Source: Chara braunii
Lineage: Eukaryota; Plantae; Charophyceae
Reading direction: 5' to 3'
NCBI GenBank assembly: GCA_003427395.1
Contig: BFEA01000004.1
Coordinates: 5,344,167 to 5,404,624, forward strand
Length of the DNA: 60,458 nucleotides
Shown here: positions 36,370-48,687 of the stretch, one piece after another
Layout of the letters: each line of letters starts with the position of its first letter
How positions within the stretch are numbered: the stretch's first letter is position 1
Made by a program: the position numbers and the translations under genes
Notes under the pieces: model-generated
The model's input: only the letters and a program-made list of their open reading frames with translations
Databases searched by the model: none
Told to the model about the DNA's origin: nothing

Positions 36370-38317
36370 AATTGTCTACCGCGTGGGCGGGGAACACAGC
36401 CGTAATGTAGCCAAAGCAATGAGACTAAGNNNNNNNNNNNNNNNNNNNNNNNNNNNNNNNNNNNNNNNNNNNNNNNNNNNNNNNNNNNNNNNNNNNNNNN
36501 NNNNNNNNNNNNNNNNNNNNNNNNNNNNNNNNNNNNNNNNNNNNNNNNNNNNNNNNNNNNNNNNNNNNNNNNNNNNNNNNNNNNNNNNNNNNNNNNNNNN
36601 NNNNNNNNNNNNNNNNNNNNNNNNNNNNNNNNNNNNNNNNNNNNNNNNNNNNNNNNNNNNNNNNNNNNNNNNNNNNNNNNNNNNNNNNNNNNNNNNNNNN
36701 NNNNNNNNNNNNNNNNNNNNNNNNATTTCGCAGTTCAAATGATTTTTTTTAATTTATTTAATATTTTTCCTCGAAAGATCGTAACAAAATCTACAAGCAC
36801 TCCAATTTTCAGATTTTTTTTACCCGTTCTTCTGAGCGCGAAAAATCACTGAAGTTGGAGTACTTTTTTCGTTGGCCCACACATAGTTGAGTGACAAAAA
36901 TATAAATGTGTTAAATCCGCATGGCGATTATTTCGCGGTTTTACCATGCAGTCAATTTTTTATGTCGAATTAGCACGGTGATTATTTTGCGGTCTTACTG
37001 AATTTTTGGAAATTTTTATGATGTTTTTCTTGGAAAGACCACGACCTGATCTATAAATTCTCAAATTTTCAGATTTTTTTGCGAATTCTTCCGAGCACAA
37101 AAAATTGCCAAAGTTGCCTCTTGCAAATTGTGGGACTGGACTCTTCTGTATCCTCCGCCTTGGACAGCCTACACGTGGGACTCCAGACAACCCGTCCCCT
37201 CCTCACTTCTTTTTGGGGTCCGACGACAGGTCCTTCCTTTTTCCAAACGTCCCGGTGCTACCAGAGCTAGTTGTAGGTAGTCCGCGATTTTGACAAGGAC
37301 CGGTCCCCCAAATTTTTTCCCCCCCTAAGAACCCACTTTGTGTCTTGGTCGCCCGCTGCCAAAAATGCGACACCTTGATACAGACGTAGAAGCCCACTAT
37401 ACCGTAACCTTAAGGCTGCGAATTCTAATTAAAATTAGAATTAGAGTTTGAATTATATCATATTAGATACACATAATACATTCTACATAATATACATAAA
37501 ATCAAATGTTACATCAACATTTTGAGATCAACGTCCCGAGAAAACCTATCTCCATTATTTCGCAGCCCTAAGGCTGCGGTATAGTGGGTTTTCGCGTCTG
37601 TGTCAAGGTGACGCATTTTTGGTAACTGGCGACCAGAACGCAAAGTGGGTTCTTAGGGGGCAAAACAATTTGGGGAACCGGTCCTTGTCAAAATTGCGGA
37701 CTACCTACAACTAGCTCTGGTATAACAGGGACTTTTGGACAAAGGAAGGACCGGTCATCAGGTAAAAGCGGACCCCAAAAAAAAGTTGGGGGCGTTGGAC
37801 CAGTCCTCGAGTGGAAGCGGACCCCAAAGAGAAGTGAGGGCATGTGAACTGCAAAAGAACCCTCAGGCCCAGGTGTTAAGGCCCGTCTTCTCAAAACAGG
37901 GAGATCAGGCGCAACGAAACAGGCATGTTTCAAGAGGCAACTTTGACGTTTTTTTGTGCACGGACGAATCCACAGAAAAATATGAAATTTTGAGAATCCA
38001 TAGATGAGGTCGTGTTCTTTTCAGAAAAAGAATATTATAACGTTTTCAATAAATCATTTCGACTGTGAAATAATCGTCGCGCCGATTCGACACATTTTCC
38101 ATTTTTGTCACTCAACCATGTGTGGGCCAACTGCAAAAGTACTCCAGATCCAGTGAGTTTTCTCGGTCAGAAGAATGCGTGAAAAAACTTGAAAATTTGA
38201 GTACTCGTAAATTTTATTGTGATTTTCTATGATAAACGCTAAATAAGTTTAAAAACACCATTCCAAATGTGAAATAGATCGCAGTCACAATTTGACCCAT
38301 ATTTAAATTTTCTCATT

Positions 38318-38397
<80 letters not shown>

Positions 38398-38464
38398 TGC
38401 GCTCTTAGTCCCATTGCTTTGGCTACCTCAGGGTTGCGTTCCCCACGCCCACTCGGTAGACAAT
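36370..38464. mobile_element. Foldback structure: about 1 kb diverged inverted arms (36370-37422 / 37559-38464) around a roughly 135-bp AT-rich spacer
   Basis: ATTGTCTACCG...AAAGCAATGAGACTAAG is mirrored at 38404-38463; CCAGAGCTAGTTGTAGGTAGTCCGC vs GCGGACTACCTACAACTAGCTCTGG; GGCCCACACATAGTTGAGTGACAAAAAT mirrored near 38101-38128. Confidence 0.8.
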
Positions 38465-39744
38465 TCCTCTCTTCGATTTTACCTATAAATTAGCAGATTC
38501 GCAATTAATTCCCCCTGAACGTAGCATACAACTTTCATCGTACGATGTTGTTGAGTATATCGGCTCCCGCCTTTTTCACAAAAGCGAAAACTCTCTCGGC
38601 CAAGTCACGGATGAGTAAAAAAAAATTCAGAGTCAACTTAGTGTTAAAGTCAAAACAGTCTCGCAAACCGTCGAGACCAACGCAGTGACGTTGTCCTCTC
38701 GCCGCTCTAGCCGGGTGTGCGAGTTGTATTTCTCGTGGTTCCCTACGATAGGATAGGTTCCCATGATGCGCAACTTGCTTTCCCTAAGGAGTTGTCACCA
38801 CCCTTTGGGGCGTATCTCTACCGAGCTACTGACCCACGTACAAAATTTTTTAGATGCAATTGCAAAGGTAGGTCTATCGAGGGTGTGCGCTCGTTCGCTT
38901 CAGTATAGGCACACCCACTTAAAACGTTGTTTGGCGCTGCAGGTCGTTCGACTCCTAGGGCGCTGATCTCCTAGGTAAGAGTGGGTGCTAGTCGACTAGG
39001 ACGGTCTCGACCAAGCATGAAACTCATAATCAATCGTGGTTCGTTTTCATCTCGTTGAAAATAAAATAAGTAAAATTAATACGTTTTAAATTTGATTGTG
39101 TAAAACTGAATCTGGCCGCGTCGGAGAGAATGTCAATCGACGTGGGGCCGACTCGAGTTGGTTCTTGACTTGATGCAACAGTCTGCCGAAGTTAGTATTA
39201 CCCGCCTCTTACACGACCAACGAGACCTAAGTTTCATTTCCTCTGAGGCAAGGGCTACATGTCGCCGAGTGGGTTGGGAAACATTAGGAAACCTAACGCC
39301 AGATATATTGTTAGGTTTGTCAACATGTTTCGATGACCTGATGTCCATTGTAATTCTGCTAATTGAAACATACAGACATGGTCCGTATGTCAGATCCTTG
39401 AGTCGCGCCTCGGAAGGTTGTAGAGGAAGCCTAACACTTTTATTACACTCTTCTTTGTACAACTCCATAATGTTATCGCATGATGTGGGTTGGCTAATCA
39501 TCAATGTATGATGGTTAAACTTAAAAGGTACACTTCGTCTCTCTTTTTTTGCTCTCGATTTCAATCGTGTCGCCTTTGCACGACTCCTAAAATAGTGGAA
39601 CTAATGTTTTCTCATATGCGAGGTACGTCCCTACCGTGCCTAGAGTCGTACTTGTCTGACGCACGCGAGAGGTGGTTAATGACCCTTATATTTTCCACCG
39701 AATATATAACGAATCATTTTTGTATAACACATAATTACGCACAT

Positions 39745-42420
39745 TATATCCCGAGGTATTTTCTGGATTTCGTTACCGACACTTCGGGATTTTTGGGATT
39801 TACTTTGAGCTATTAGTGAGTTATATCCTGAGGTGTTTTGGAGATTTCTTTACCGAATTACACTTCGGGATTTTTGGGATTTACTTAGAGTTGTTAGTGA
39901 GTTATATCCCGATGTGTTTTTGGGGTTTCGTTACCGAATTACACTTCGGGTTTTTCAGGATTTACTTAAGAGTTGTCAATGGGTTATATCCCGTGGTGTT
40001 TTCGGGATTTCGTTACCGAATTACACTTCGGGATTTTTAGGATTTACTTAGAGATGTTAGTGGGTTATATCCCGAGGTGTTTTCGGGATTTCGTTACCGA
40101 ATTACACTTCGGTATTTTCAGGATTTACTTAGAGTTGTTAGTGGGTTATATCCCGAGGTATTTTCAGAATTTGTTACCGAATTACACTTCGGGATTTTCG
40201 GGATTTACTCAGAGTTGTTAGTGAGTTATATCCCGAGGTGTTTTTGTGATTTCGTTACAGAATTACACTTTAGGATTTTTGGGATTTACTTAGAGTTGTT
40301 AGTGAGTTATATCCCCAGGCGTTTTCGGGGTTCGTTACAGAATTACACTTCGGGATTTTCGGGATTTACTTAGAGTTTTTAGTGAGCTATATCCCGAGGT
40401 GTTTTCGGGATTTCGTTACCGAATTACACTTCAGGATTTTCGAGATTTACTTAGAGTTGTTAGTGAGTTATATCCCCAGTTGTTTTCGGGGTTTGTTACC
40501 AAATTACACCTTAGGATTTTCGAGATTTACTTAGAGTTGCTAGTGAGTTACATCCCGAGGTGTTTTCGGGGTTTCGTTACCAAATTACGCTTCGGGATTT
40601 TCAGGAGTTATTTATAGTTGTTAGTGAGTTATATCTCGAGGTATTTTCGAAATTTCGTTACCGAATTACACTTTGGTATTTTTTGGATTTACTTAGAGTT
40701 GTTAGTAGGTTATATCCCGAGGTGTTTTCGAGGTTTCATTACTGAATTATGCTTCGGTATTTTTGGGATTTACTTAGAGTTGTTAGCGAGTTATATCCTG
40801 AGTTTTTTTCAGGATTTCTTTACCGAACTACGCCTCAGGATTTTTGGGATTTACTTAGAGTTGTTAGCGAGTTATGTCCAGAGGTATTTTCAAAAAATTT
40901 TTACCGAATTACACTTTGGGATTTTCGGGATTTACTTAAAGTTGTTAGTAGGCTATATCTTGAGATGTTTTGGGGATTTTGTTACTGGATTACACTTCGG
41001 GATTTTCGGGATATACTTTGAGTTGTTAGTAAGTTATATCTCGAGGTGTTTTTGAGATTTTGTTACGAAAATCCGCTTCGGGATTCTTGAGACTACTTGT
41101 TGATGAGTTATACTCGAGGTGTTTTCGGTGTTTCGTTACCAAATTATACTTCGGGATTTTCGGGAGTTACCTAGAGTTGTTATGGAGTTATATCCCGAGG
41201 TGTTTTCGACACTTAGTTACAAAAGTACACTTCGGGTTTTTTAGGATTAACTTAGAGTTTTTAGTGAGTTATATCCTTACATGTTTTCGGAATTTCGTTA
41301 CTTAATTAGACTTCGGGATTTTCGGGATGTACTTAGAGTTGTTAATAAGCTATATCCCGAGGTGTTTCGAAATTTCGTTACTTAATTACACTTCGGGATT
41401 TTCGGTATTTACTTTTCCCAAGGCGTTTTCGGAATTTCGTTACCGTATTACACTTCGGGATTTACTTAGAGTTGTTGGCGAGATATATCCCGAGGTGTTT
41501 TCGGGATTTCGTTACCGAATTACACTTCAGGATTTTTAGGATTTACTTAGAGTTCGTAGGGAGTTATATCTCGATGTGTTTTCAGGGTTTCGTTACCGAA
41601 TTACACTTCGGGATTTTCAGGATTTTCTTAGAGTTGTTAGTGAGTTATATGTCAAGGTGTTTTCGAGATTTCGTTACCGAATTAGACTTCGGGATATTCA
41701 AGATTTACTTAGAGTTGGTAGGGAGTTATATCCCGAGGTGTTTTCGGGGTTTCGTTATCGAATTACACTTCAGGATTTTCAGGATTTACTTAGAGTTGTT
41801 AGTGAGTTATATCCCGAGGTGTTTTCGGGGTTTCGTTACCGAATTACACTTCGGGATTTTTAGGATTTAGAGAGTTATATCCCGAGGTGTTTTCGAGGTT
41901 TCGTTACCGAATCACACTTTGGGGTTTTCGGGATTTACTTAGTGTTGTTAGTGAGTTATATCCCGAGGTGTTTTCGGGATTTAGTTATCGAAGTACACTT
42001 TGAGTTTTTTAGGATTTACTTAGAGTTGTTAGTGAGTTATATCCCAACATGTTTTCGGAATTTCGTTACCAAATTAGACTTTGGGATTTAGGGGATTTAC
42101 TTAGCGTTGTTATCGAGATATATCCCTAAGTGTTTTCGGGATTTCATTGCCGAATTATACTTCGATATTTTCGGGATTTATTTCGAGTTGTTAGCGAGAT
42201 ATATCCCGAGGTGTTTTCGGGGTTTCGTTACCGAATTACACTTCAGGGTTTTCAAGATTTACTTACAATTGTTAGTGAGTTGTATCCCGATGTGTTTTTG
42301 GGATTCCATTACCGAATTACATTTCGGGATTTTCATAATTTACTTAGAGTTGTAAGTGAGTTATATCCCGGCATGTTTTCAGGATTTCGTTAACAAATTA
42401 AACTTCGGGATTTACTTACG
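39745..42420 (+). repeat. 81-bp satellite array (about 33 units)
   Basis: TTATATCCC recurs at 39984, 40065, 40146; consensus TTATATCCCGAGGTGTTTTCGGGATTTCGTTACCGAATTACACTTCGGGATTTTCGGGATTTACTTAGAGTTGTTAGTGAG. Confidence 0.95.
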
Positions 42421-42534
42421 AATTTAAAAAGGTGAAAAAACATGTTAGTACAAAGTTATTGTCTTAGGAATTGTTGTTTCAATCAATATTGCGATAAAAA
42501 AAAGATTAAAAATAAAAAATAAAATAAAAACATC

Positions 42535-43650
42535 AATTCGTGGGGCGTAAATTAGGTGAAGCATTAGAAAAAATAATAATAATAATAATAAACAGGGGGG
42601 GTTTAAAATATTTAAAAACTGTTGTTGTTGTTTTTTGAATAAAACAATGGACGGACACTTATCCTGAATCTGGATCTATGCCGTGTTGTATTTTTTCCTT
42701 GGGCACTAGGCCCAAATTAAAAGACGGTTATAACAAACAAACGAACTCCACTACGAAACTTAAAAAAATATATATATAACCTGGAATACGTGGGACGTAA
42801 ATTAGGTGAAGCATGAGAAAAAAAAACAGGGGAGGGGATTTAATATATATATATATATTTGTAAGATTTTTTTTTTTTTTTTAAGAAAACAGTGAACGGA
42901 CACTTATCCTGAATTTTTGGTTCGGATTTCAGGGACAACGACACCGAAGTTTTCGGTCGGTTGCAAGGGAACTTAGTTATCAAGTCTCCTATAAACAGTT
43001 CGCACCATTTGGGCCGGTATCTTCTTGACGTTGCACCTGCTGCGCTAAGTATGGCGACGCCCAAAAAAAAATTGTGGGCATATCAAGACAATAAAAACAT
43101 GTTGAAAAAAAATTAGGTGAAGTGTGAAAAAATATATATTTTTTATTTTAAATAGAAAAATTTTAAATTATAAAAATATTTTATTGACTTTTTTCTATGA
43201 TTAAAAAAAAAATTGGTCGTACACTTGCCCTGAATTTTCGGGTCGGATTCAAAGAACAATGGCCCCAAAAGTTTTGGCTGGTTGTAAGGGACCCTAGTTA
43301 TCCGCGGGTCCCCAACAAGCAGTTTCCACCATTTGGGCCGGTTGTGAGGAATATCAGTTGTCCCAAATCGCTGACATTAAGTTCGCACCATTAGAGAGGT
43401 GACACATATCATCTGAGATGTTGCCTCTGTTGTGCTAAGTATGGAGATGTTCGTAAAAAATCTAGGGACATTTCAAGACAAGCAAAATAGGGGAATTTGT
43501 TTTTTTGTGAAGTGTGAGAATTTTTTTTTTTTTTTTTCAAACACAAGAATTTTAAAACTGAAAATTTTATGTACGACTTTTTCTATAATTAAAAAAAAAA
43601 AGTGGTCGGACACTTGCTCTGAATTTTCGGGCCGGATTCAAGGGACAATG
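42535..43650 (+). repeat. Degenerate tandem repeat, four units of about 250-390 bp
   Basis: AAATTAGGTGAAG and GGACACTT(A/G)NNCTGAAT anchors recur near 42550/42655, 42800/42900, 43110/43220 and 43508/43608. Confidence 0.7.
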
Positions 43651-43704
43651 TTAGCATCTAGCAGCTACTGCAAGACGAGATACAATAACAGAAACAACAT
43701 GTTT

Positions 43705-43736
<32 letters not shown>

Positions 43737-43904
43737 CATGTAACGGTAGCAATAAAAATGAGTTTTTNNNNNNNNNNNNNNNNNNNNNNNNNNNNNNNNN
43801 NNNNNNNNNNNNNNNNNNNNNNNNNNNNNNNNNNNNNNNNNNNNNNNNNNNNNNNNCATCTAGCAGCTACTGCAAGACGAGATACAATAAAAGAAACAAC
43901 ATGT

Positions 43905-43938
<34 letters not shown>

Positions 43939-44100
43939 CATGTAACGGTAGCAATACAAATGAGTTTTTGAATTTTGTTCTTCAAAACGAACTACATCAA
44001 TTATAAGTTGGGAATTACACCGAGTGTCCCTTACATCATACATTGTTGTCAAATTTGTTTTTTTTTTTTTTTTTCCCTCTCTTTCTTTCTCTCTCTCTCT

Positions 44101-44162
<62 letters not shown>

Positions 44163-45513
44163 CTCTGCCCCCATAACCCCCCTCCATCCGCATTCGGCAG
44201 CAGACCAGTTTGATGTGTAACACATTGCTGTTGGCACGTGTCCTCTTAGAACTACTACACTGAGATTCCCCCACACCCTGCCCACACTTTGGAGCTCCCT
44301 CCTAACCCTGTCTTCTCGTTCCTCAGACTCTGATTCCCTCCTAATGCTGTCTGGAAGTTCCCCACTCCTTAAGGAAAAACATTGAAAATCTAAAGGAAGT
44401 ACATCAATTTTTTCTTAAAGGTTGTCATCTTCTATGATATATCAACTGATTTCATGAATTAGGCCCCTAGATCGAGGACATTGGCAGATGTAGGTATGAA
44501 CGCCACAAACCACTTACTTGCAAGCTAGGCTACTAAAGTGACCGAGACTCACTTTCCTTCCTTTGATATATTTTACGTTAGACACATGAAAGGTGACGCA
44601 AATTTTTTTAAATAATAATTTTTTACTTGTGTATGTTGTTTAATTTATGAAAAAAATACAGTTTGTTATATTCAAAAAGTTGCGGCATAACTTTGTTTTG
44701 TTGGCTGGTAAAGGAACATTTTTTTGTTAGGGTCTGATGCCACACTACTTTATCATTATTAAAATTAGTGAGTGCGTGAGCACGTTTTCGACACTATTTT
44801 ATTTGGTTATTTTTTAAATTTTATTTGACATAGTCAAATGCCCTGCAAATCAACTGATATGTACTTCATATAATACAAACTCATTAAAAAAGTTAAAAAA
44901 AATAATAATTTTTTTTAGGCCCCGAAATACAGTGGGCGNNNNNNNNNNNNNNNNNNNNNNNNNNNNNNNNNNNNNNNNNNNNNNNNNNNNNNNNNNNNNN
45001 NNNNNNNNNNNNNNNNNNNNNNNNNNNNNNNNNNNNNNNNNNNNNNNNNNNNNNNNNNNNNNNNNNNNNNNNNNNNNNNNNNNNNNNNNNNNNNNNNNNN
45101 NNNNNNNNNNNNNNNNNNNNNNNNNNNNNNNNNNNNNNNNNNNNNNNNNNNNNNNNNNNNNNNNNNNNNNNNNNNNNNNNNNNNNNNNNNNNNNNNNNNN
45201 NNNNNNNNNNNNNNNNNNNNNNNNNNNNNNNNNNNNNNNNNNNNNNNNNNNNNNNNNNNNNNNNNNNNNNNNNNNNNNNNNNNNNNNNNNNNNNNNNNNN
45301 NNNNNNNNNNNNNNNNNNNNNNNNNNNNNNNNNNNNNNNNNNNNNNNNNNNNNNNNNNNNNNNNNNNNNNNNNNNNNNNNNNNNNNNNNNNNNNNNNNNN
45401 NNNNNNNNNNNNNNNNNNNNNNNNNNNNNNNNNNNNNNNNNNNNNNNNNNNNNNNNNNNNNNNNNNNNNNNNNNNNNNNNNNNNNNNNNNNNNNNNNNNN
45501 NNNNNNNNNNNNN

Positions 45514-45573
<60 letters not shown>

Positions 45574-45637
45574 CTTGATGTTTTGGCACCTTGTGTGGCC
45601 AGTGTGGATGCAACGGAGGAGGAGGAGGGTGAATTTG

Positions 45638-45693
<56 letters not shown>

Positions 45694-45769
45694 GTTTTAT
45701 TCTCCCTCTCTAATGCTCACACACGAAATCAAGGCACTGGTTGGAGGGAGGAGGAAAAGGAGGAGGAGA

Positions 45770-48180
45770 CACTATGTAAATACCTATTTCGAGAGCGGAA
45801 TCCCGAAAACACTATGGTATATATCGTAGAAATGACACTAAGTAAATCCCGAAAATCCCAACGTGTATTCTGAAAACACTTCGGGATACACTGTAGAAAT
45901 GACATAACGAAAATCTCAAAAATCCTGAAGTGCATTTCGGTAACAAAATCCCGAGAACACTTCGGGATATAACGTATGAATGACACTAAGTAAATCTCGA
46001 CGTGTATTTCGGTAACGAAATTTCGAAAACGCTTCGAGATATATTGTAAAAGTGACATCACGATAATCTTGAAGTGTAATTCGGTAACGAAAACCTGAAA
46101 ACATCTTGGGATATAACGTATGAATGACACTACGTAAATCCCATAAACTCCGAAGTGCCTTTCGGTAACGAAATCCTGAAAAAACTTCAAGATATAACGT
46201 GTGAATGACACTAAGTAAATCTCGAAAATCCAGAAGTGTATTTCGGTAACGAAATCCTGAAAACCCGGAAGTGTGTTTCGGGATATAATGCATGAATGAC
46301 ACTAAGTAAATCCAAAAAATATCGAAGTGTATTTCGGTAACGAAATCCCGAAACCACTTCGGGATATAATGTAGAAATGACATCACAAAAATCCTGAAAA
46401 TCCCGAAGTGTAATTCGGTAACGAAACCCTGAAAACACTTGGGGATATCCCGAAATGCGTTTCCGAGTCGGTAACGAAATCCTGAAAACACGTCGGGATA
46501 TAACGTATGAATAACACTAAGTAAATCCCAAAAATCCCGAAGTGTAATTCGGTAACAAAATCCCGAAAACACCTCGGGATATAATGTAGAAATGACATCA
46601 CAAAAATCCTCAAAATCCCGAAGTGTAATTCGACAATGAAATCTCAAAAACACTTCAGAATATAAGGTATGAATGACACTATGTAATTCCTGAAAATCCC
46701 GAAGTGTAATTCGGTTACGAAACCCTGAAAACACTTCGGGATATAACATATGAATGACATTACGTATATCCCAAAAATCCCGAAGTGCGATCCGTATGAA
46801 TGACACTAAGTAAATCCCGAAAATCCCGAAGTGTATTTCGGTAACAAAATCCCGAAAAGACTTCGGGATATAATGTGGAAATGACATCACGAAAATCCCG
46901 AAGTGTAATTCGGTAATGCAACTCTAAAAACACTTCGGGATATAACATATGAATGACACTAAGTAACTCCCGAAAATCCCGAAGTACGTTTCAGTAACGA
47001 ATTTCTGAAAACACCTCGGGATATAATATATGAATGACTGTAAATCCCGAAAACCCAAAGTGTATTTCGGGAACAGAATCCCGAAAACACTTCGGGATAT
47101 AACATAGAAATGACACTAAGTAAATCCCGAAAATCCCGAAGTGTGTTATGGCCACGAAACCCCGAAAACACTTCGGCATACAATGTAGAAATGACATCAC
47201 GAAAATCTCAAAAATCCCAAAGTATATTTCGGTAAAGAAATCCCGAAAACACTTCGGGATATAACGTATGAACGACACTAAGTAAATCCCAAAAATCAGG
47301 AAGTGTATTTCGGTATCGAAATCCCCAAAACACTTCGGGATATAATGTAGAAATGACATCACAAAAATCCCGAAGTGTACTTCGGTAACAAAACCCTGAA
47401 AACACTTCGGGATATAACGTATGAATGAGACTACATAAATCCCGAAAACCCAGAAGTGCGTTTCGGTAACAAAATTTTGAAAACACTTCAGGATATAACG
47501 TATGAATGACACTAAGTAAATCCTGAAAATCCCGAAGTGTATTTCGGGAACGGAATCCCGAAAACACTTCGGGATATAACGTAGATATAATAATAAGTAA
47601 ATCCCGTAAATCTCGAAGTGTGTTTCGGCGACAAAACCCTAAAAACACTTCGGGATATAAAGTAAAAATGCCATCACAAAAATCATAAAAATCACGGAGT
47701 GCATTTTGGTAACGAAATCCCCAAAACACTCCGGGGTATAACGTATGAATGACACACTAAGTAAATCCCGAAGTGTATTTCGGTAATGAAATCCCGAAAT
47801 GTAGAAATGGCATCACGGAAATCCTGAAGTGTAATTCGGTAACGAAACCCTGAAAACACTTCGGGATATAACGTATGAATGACACTTAGTAAATCCCAAA
47901 AATCCCGAAGTGCATTTCGGTAACGAAATCCTGAAAACACTTCGGGATATGACGTATGAATGAGACTAAGTAAATCCCGAAAATCCCAAAGTGTATTTCG
48001 GTAACGAAATCCTGAAAACACTTCGGGATATAACATAGAAATGACACTAAGTAAATCCTGGATTTTCGACATTTTCAAGATTTTTCGGGATTATCGGTAA
48101 TGAAATATCGAAAACAATTTAGGATATAACGTAGAAATCACGCTAAATAAATCCTGAATTTTCAAGATTTTCGGGATTAT
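45770..48180 (-). repeat. Related 81-bp satellite array in inverted orientation, with a 477-bp higher-order repeat
   Basis: Reverse complement shares the ATCCCGA..TTTTCGGGATTTCGTTACCGAA..CACTTCGGGAT core; diagnostic variants recur 477 bp apart (47065/47542; 47141/47618). Confidence 0.93.
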
Positions 48181-48687
48181 TAGGATTTGATAAATACAAG
48201 TTGAATTCAAAATTTTAAGGCGTGTTGACAGATTACATTTCGTCATTTACAAAATACGAACTTATTAATGAACATTTCCCCTTCATTACTACATAATCAC
48301 GATTCCGCTTAAGTATTTTCCCGAATTCGGCAATCTTTCACTAACAAGCGTCGCTATCCAATTCCGCGTATTTTCGGGGGTCTATTAGTCACGACTGTGA
48401 CTCGATTGATCGTTTTATTTAAAAAAATGAGAGTCCAAGGTAAACCCGACGTGCTTAGTCGGCTTAGCTTTAAGTCAACATGATAGCTCCTATATCACAA
48501 GAAGAAAAAAAATTCAACTCTCCGTTACGATCACTGTATATGCTATGATACCGACTGCTATATCAGAAAGAGAACTTTAGCTCGTCAACACGGATAAGTA
48601 CGTTAAGAACGACTGCTTTTATTAGTAGCGCGTGGTGCATCTATTCAAAAACATTGTTTAATCATGTGTTCCACATTTTGGTCGTGC

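Noticed and set aside
40188-40204. CENP-B-box-like spacing in the satellite (CTTCGGGATTTTCGGGA)
   Set aside because: Lacks the conserved central A, arises trivially from the internal TTCGGGAT repetition, and CENP-B boxes are a mammalian feature.
39745-48180. Many 60-324 aa ORFs with 27-aa periodicity (YIPRCFRDFVTELHFGIF...), and a possible CRISPR-like array
   Set aside because: The 81-bp unit is a multiple of 3, so several frames stay open; stops and indels are frequent. Units are wholly repeated with no unique spacers and no cas genes.
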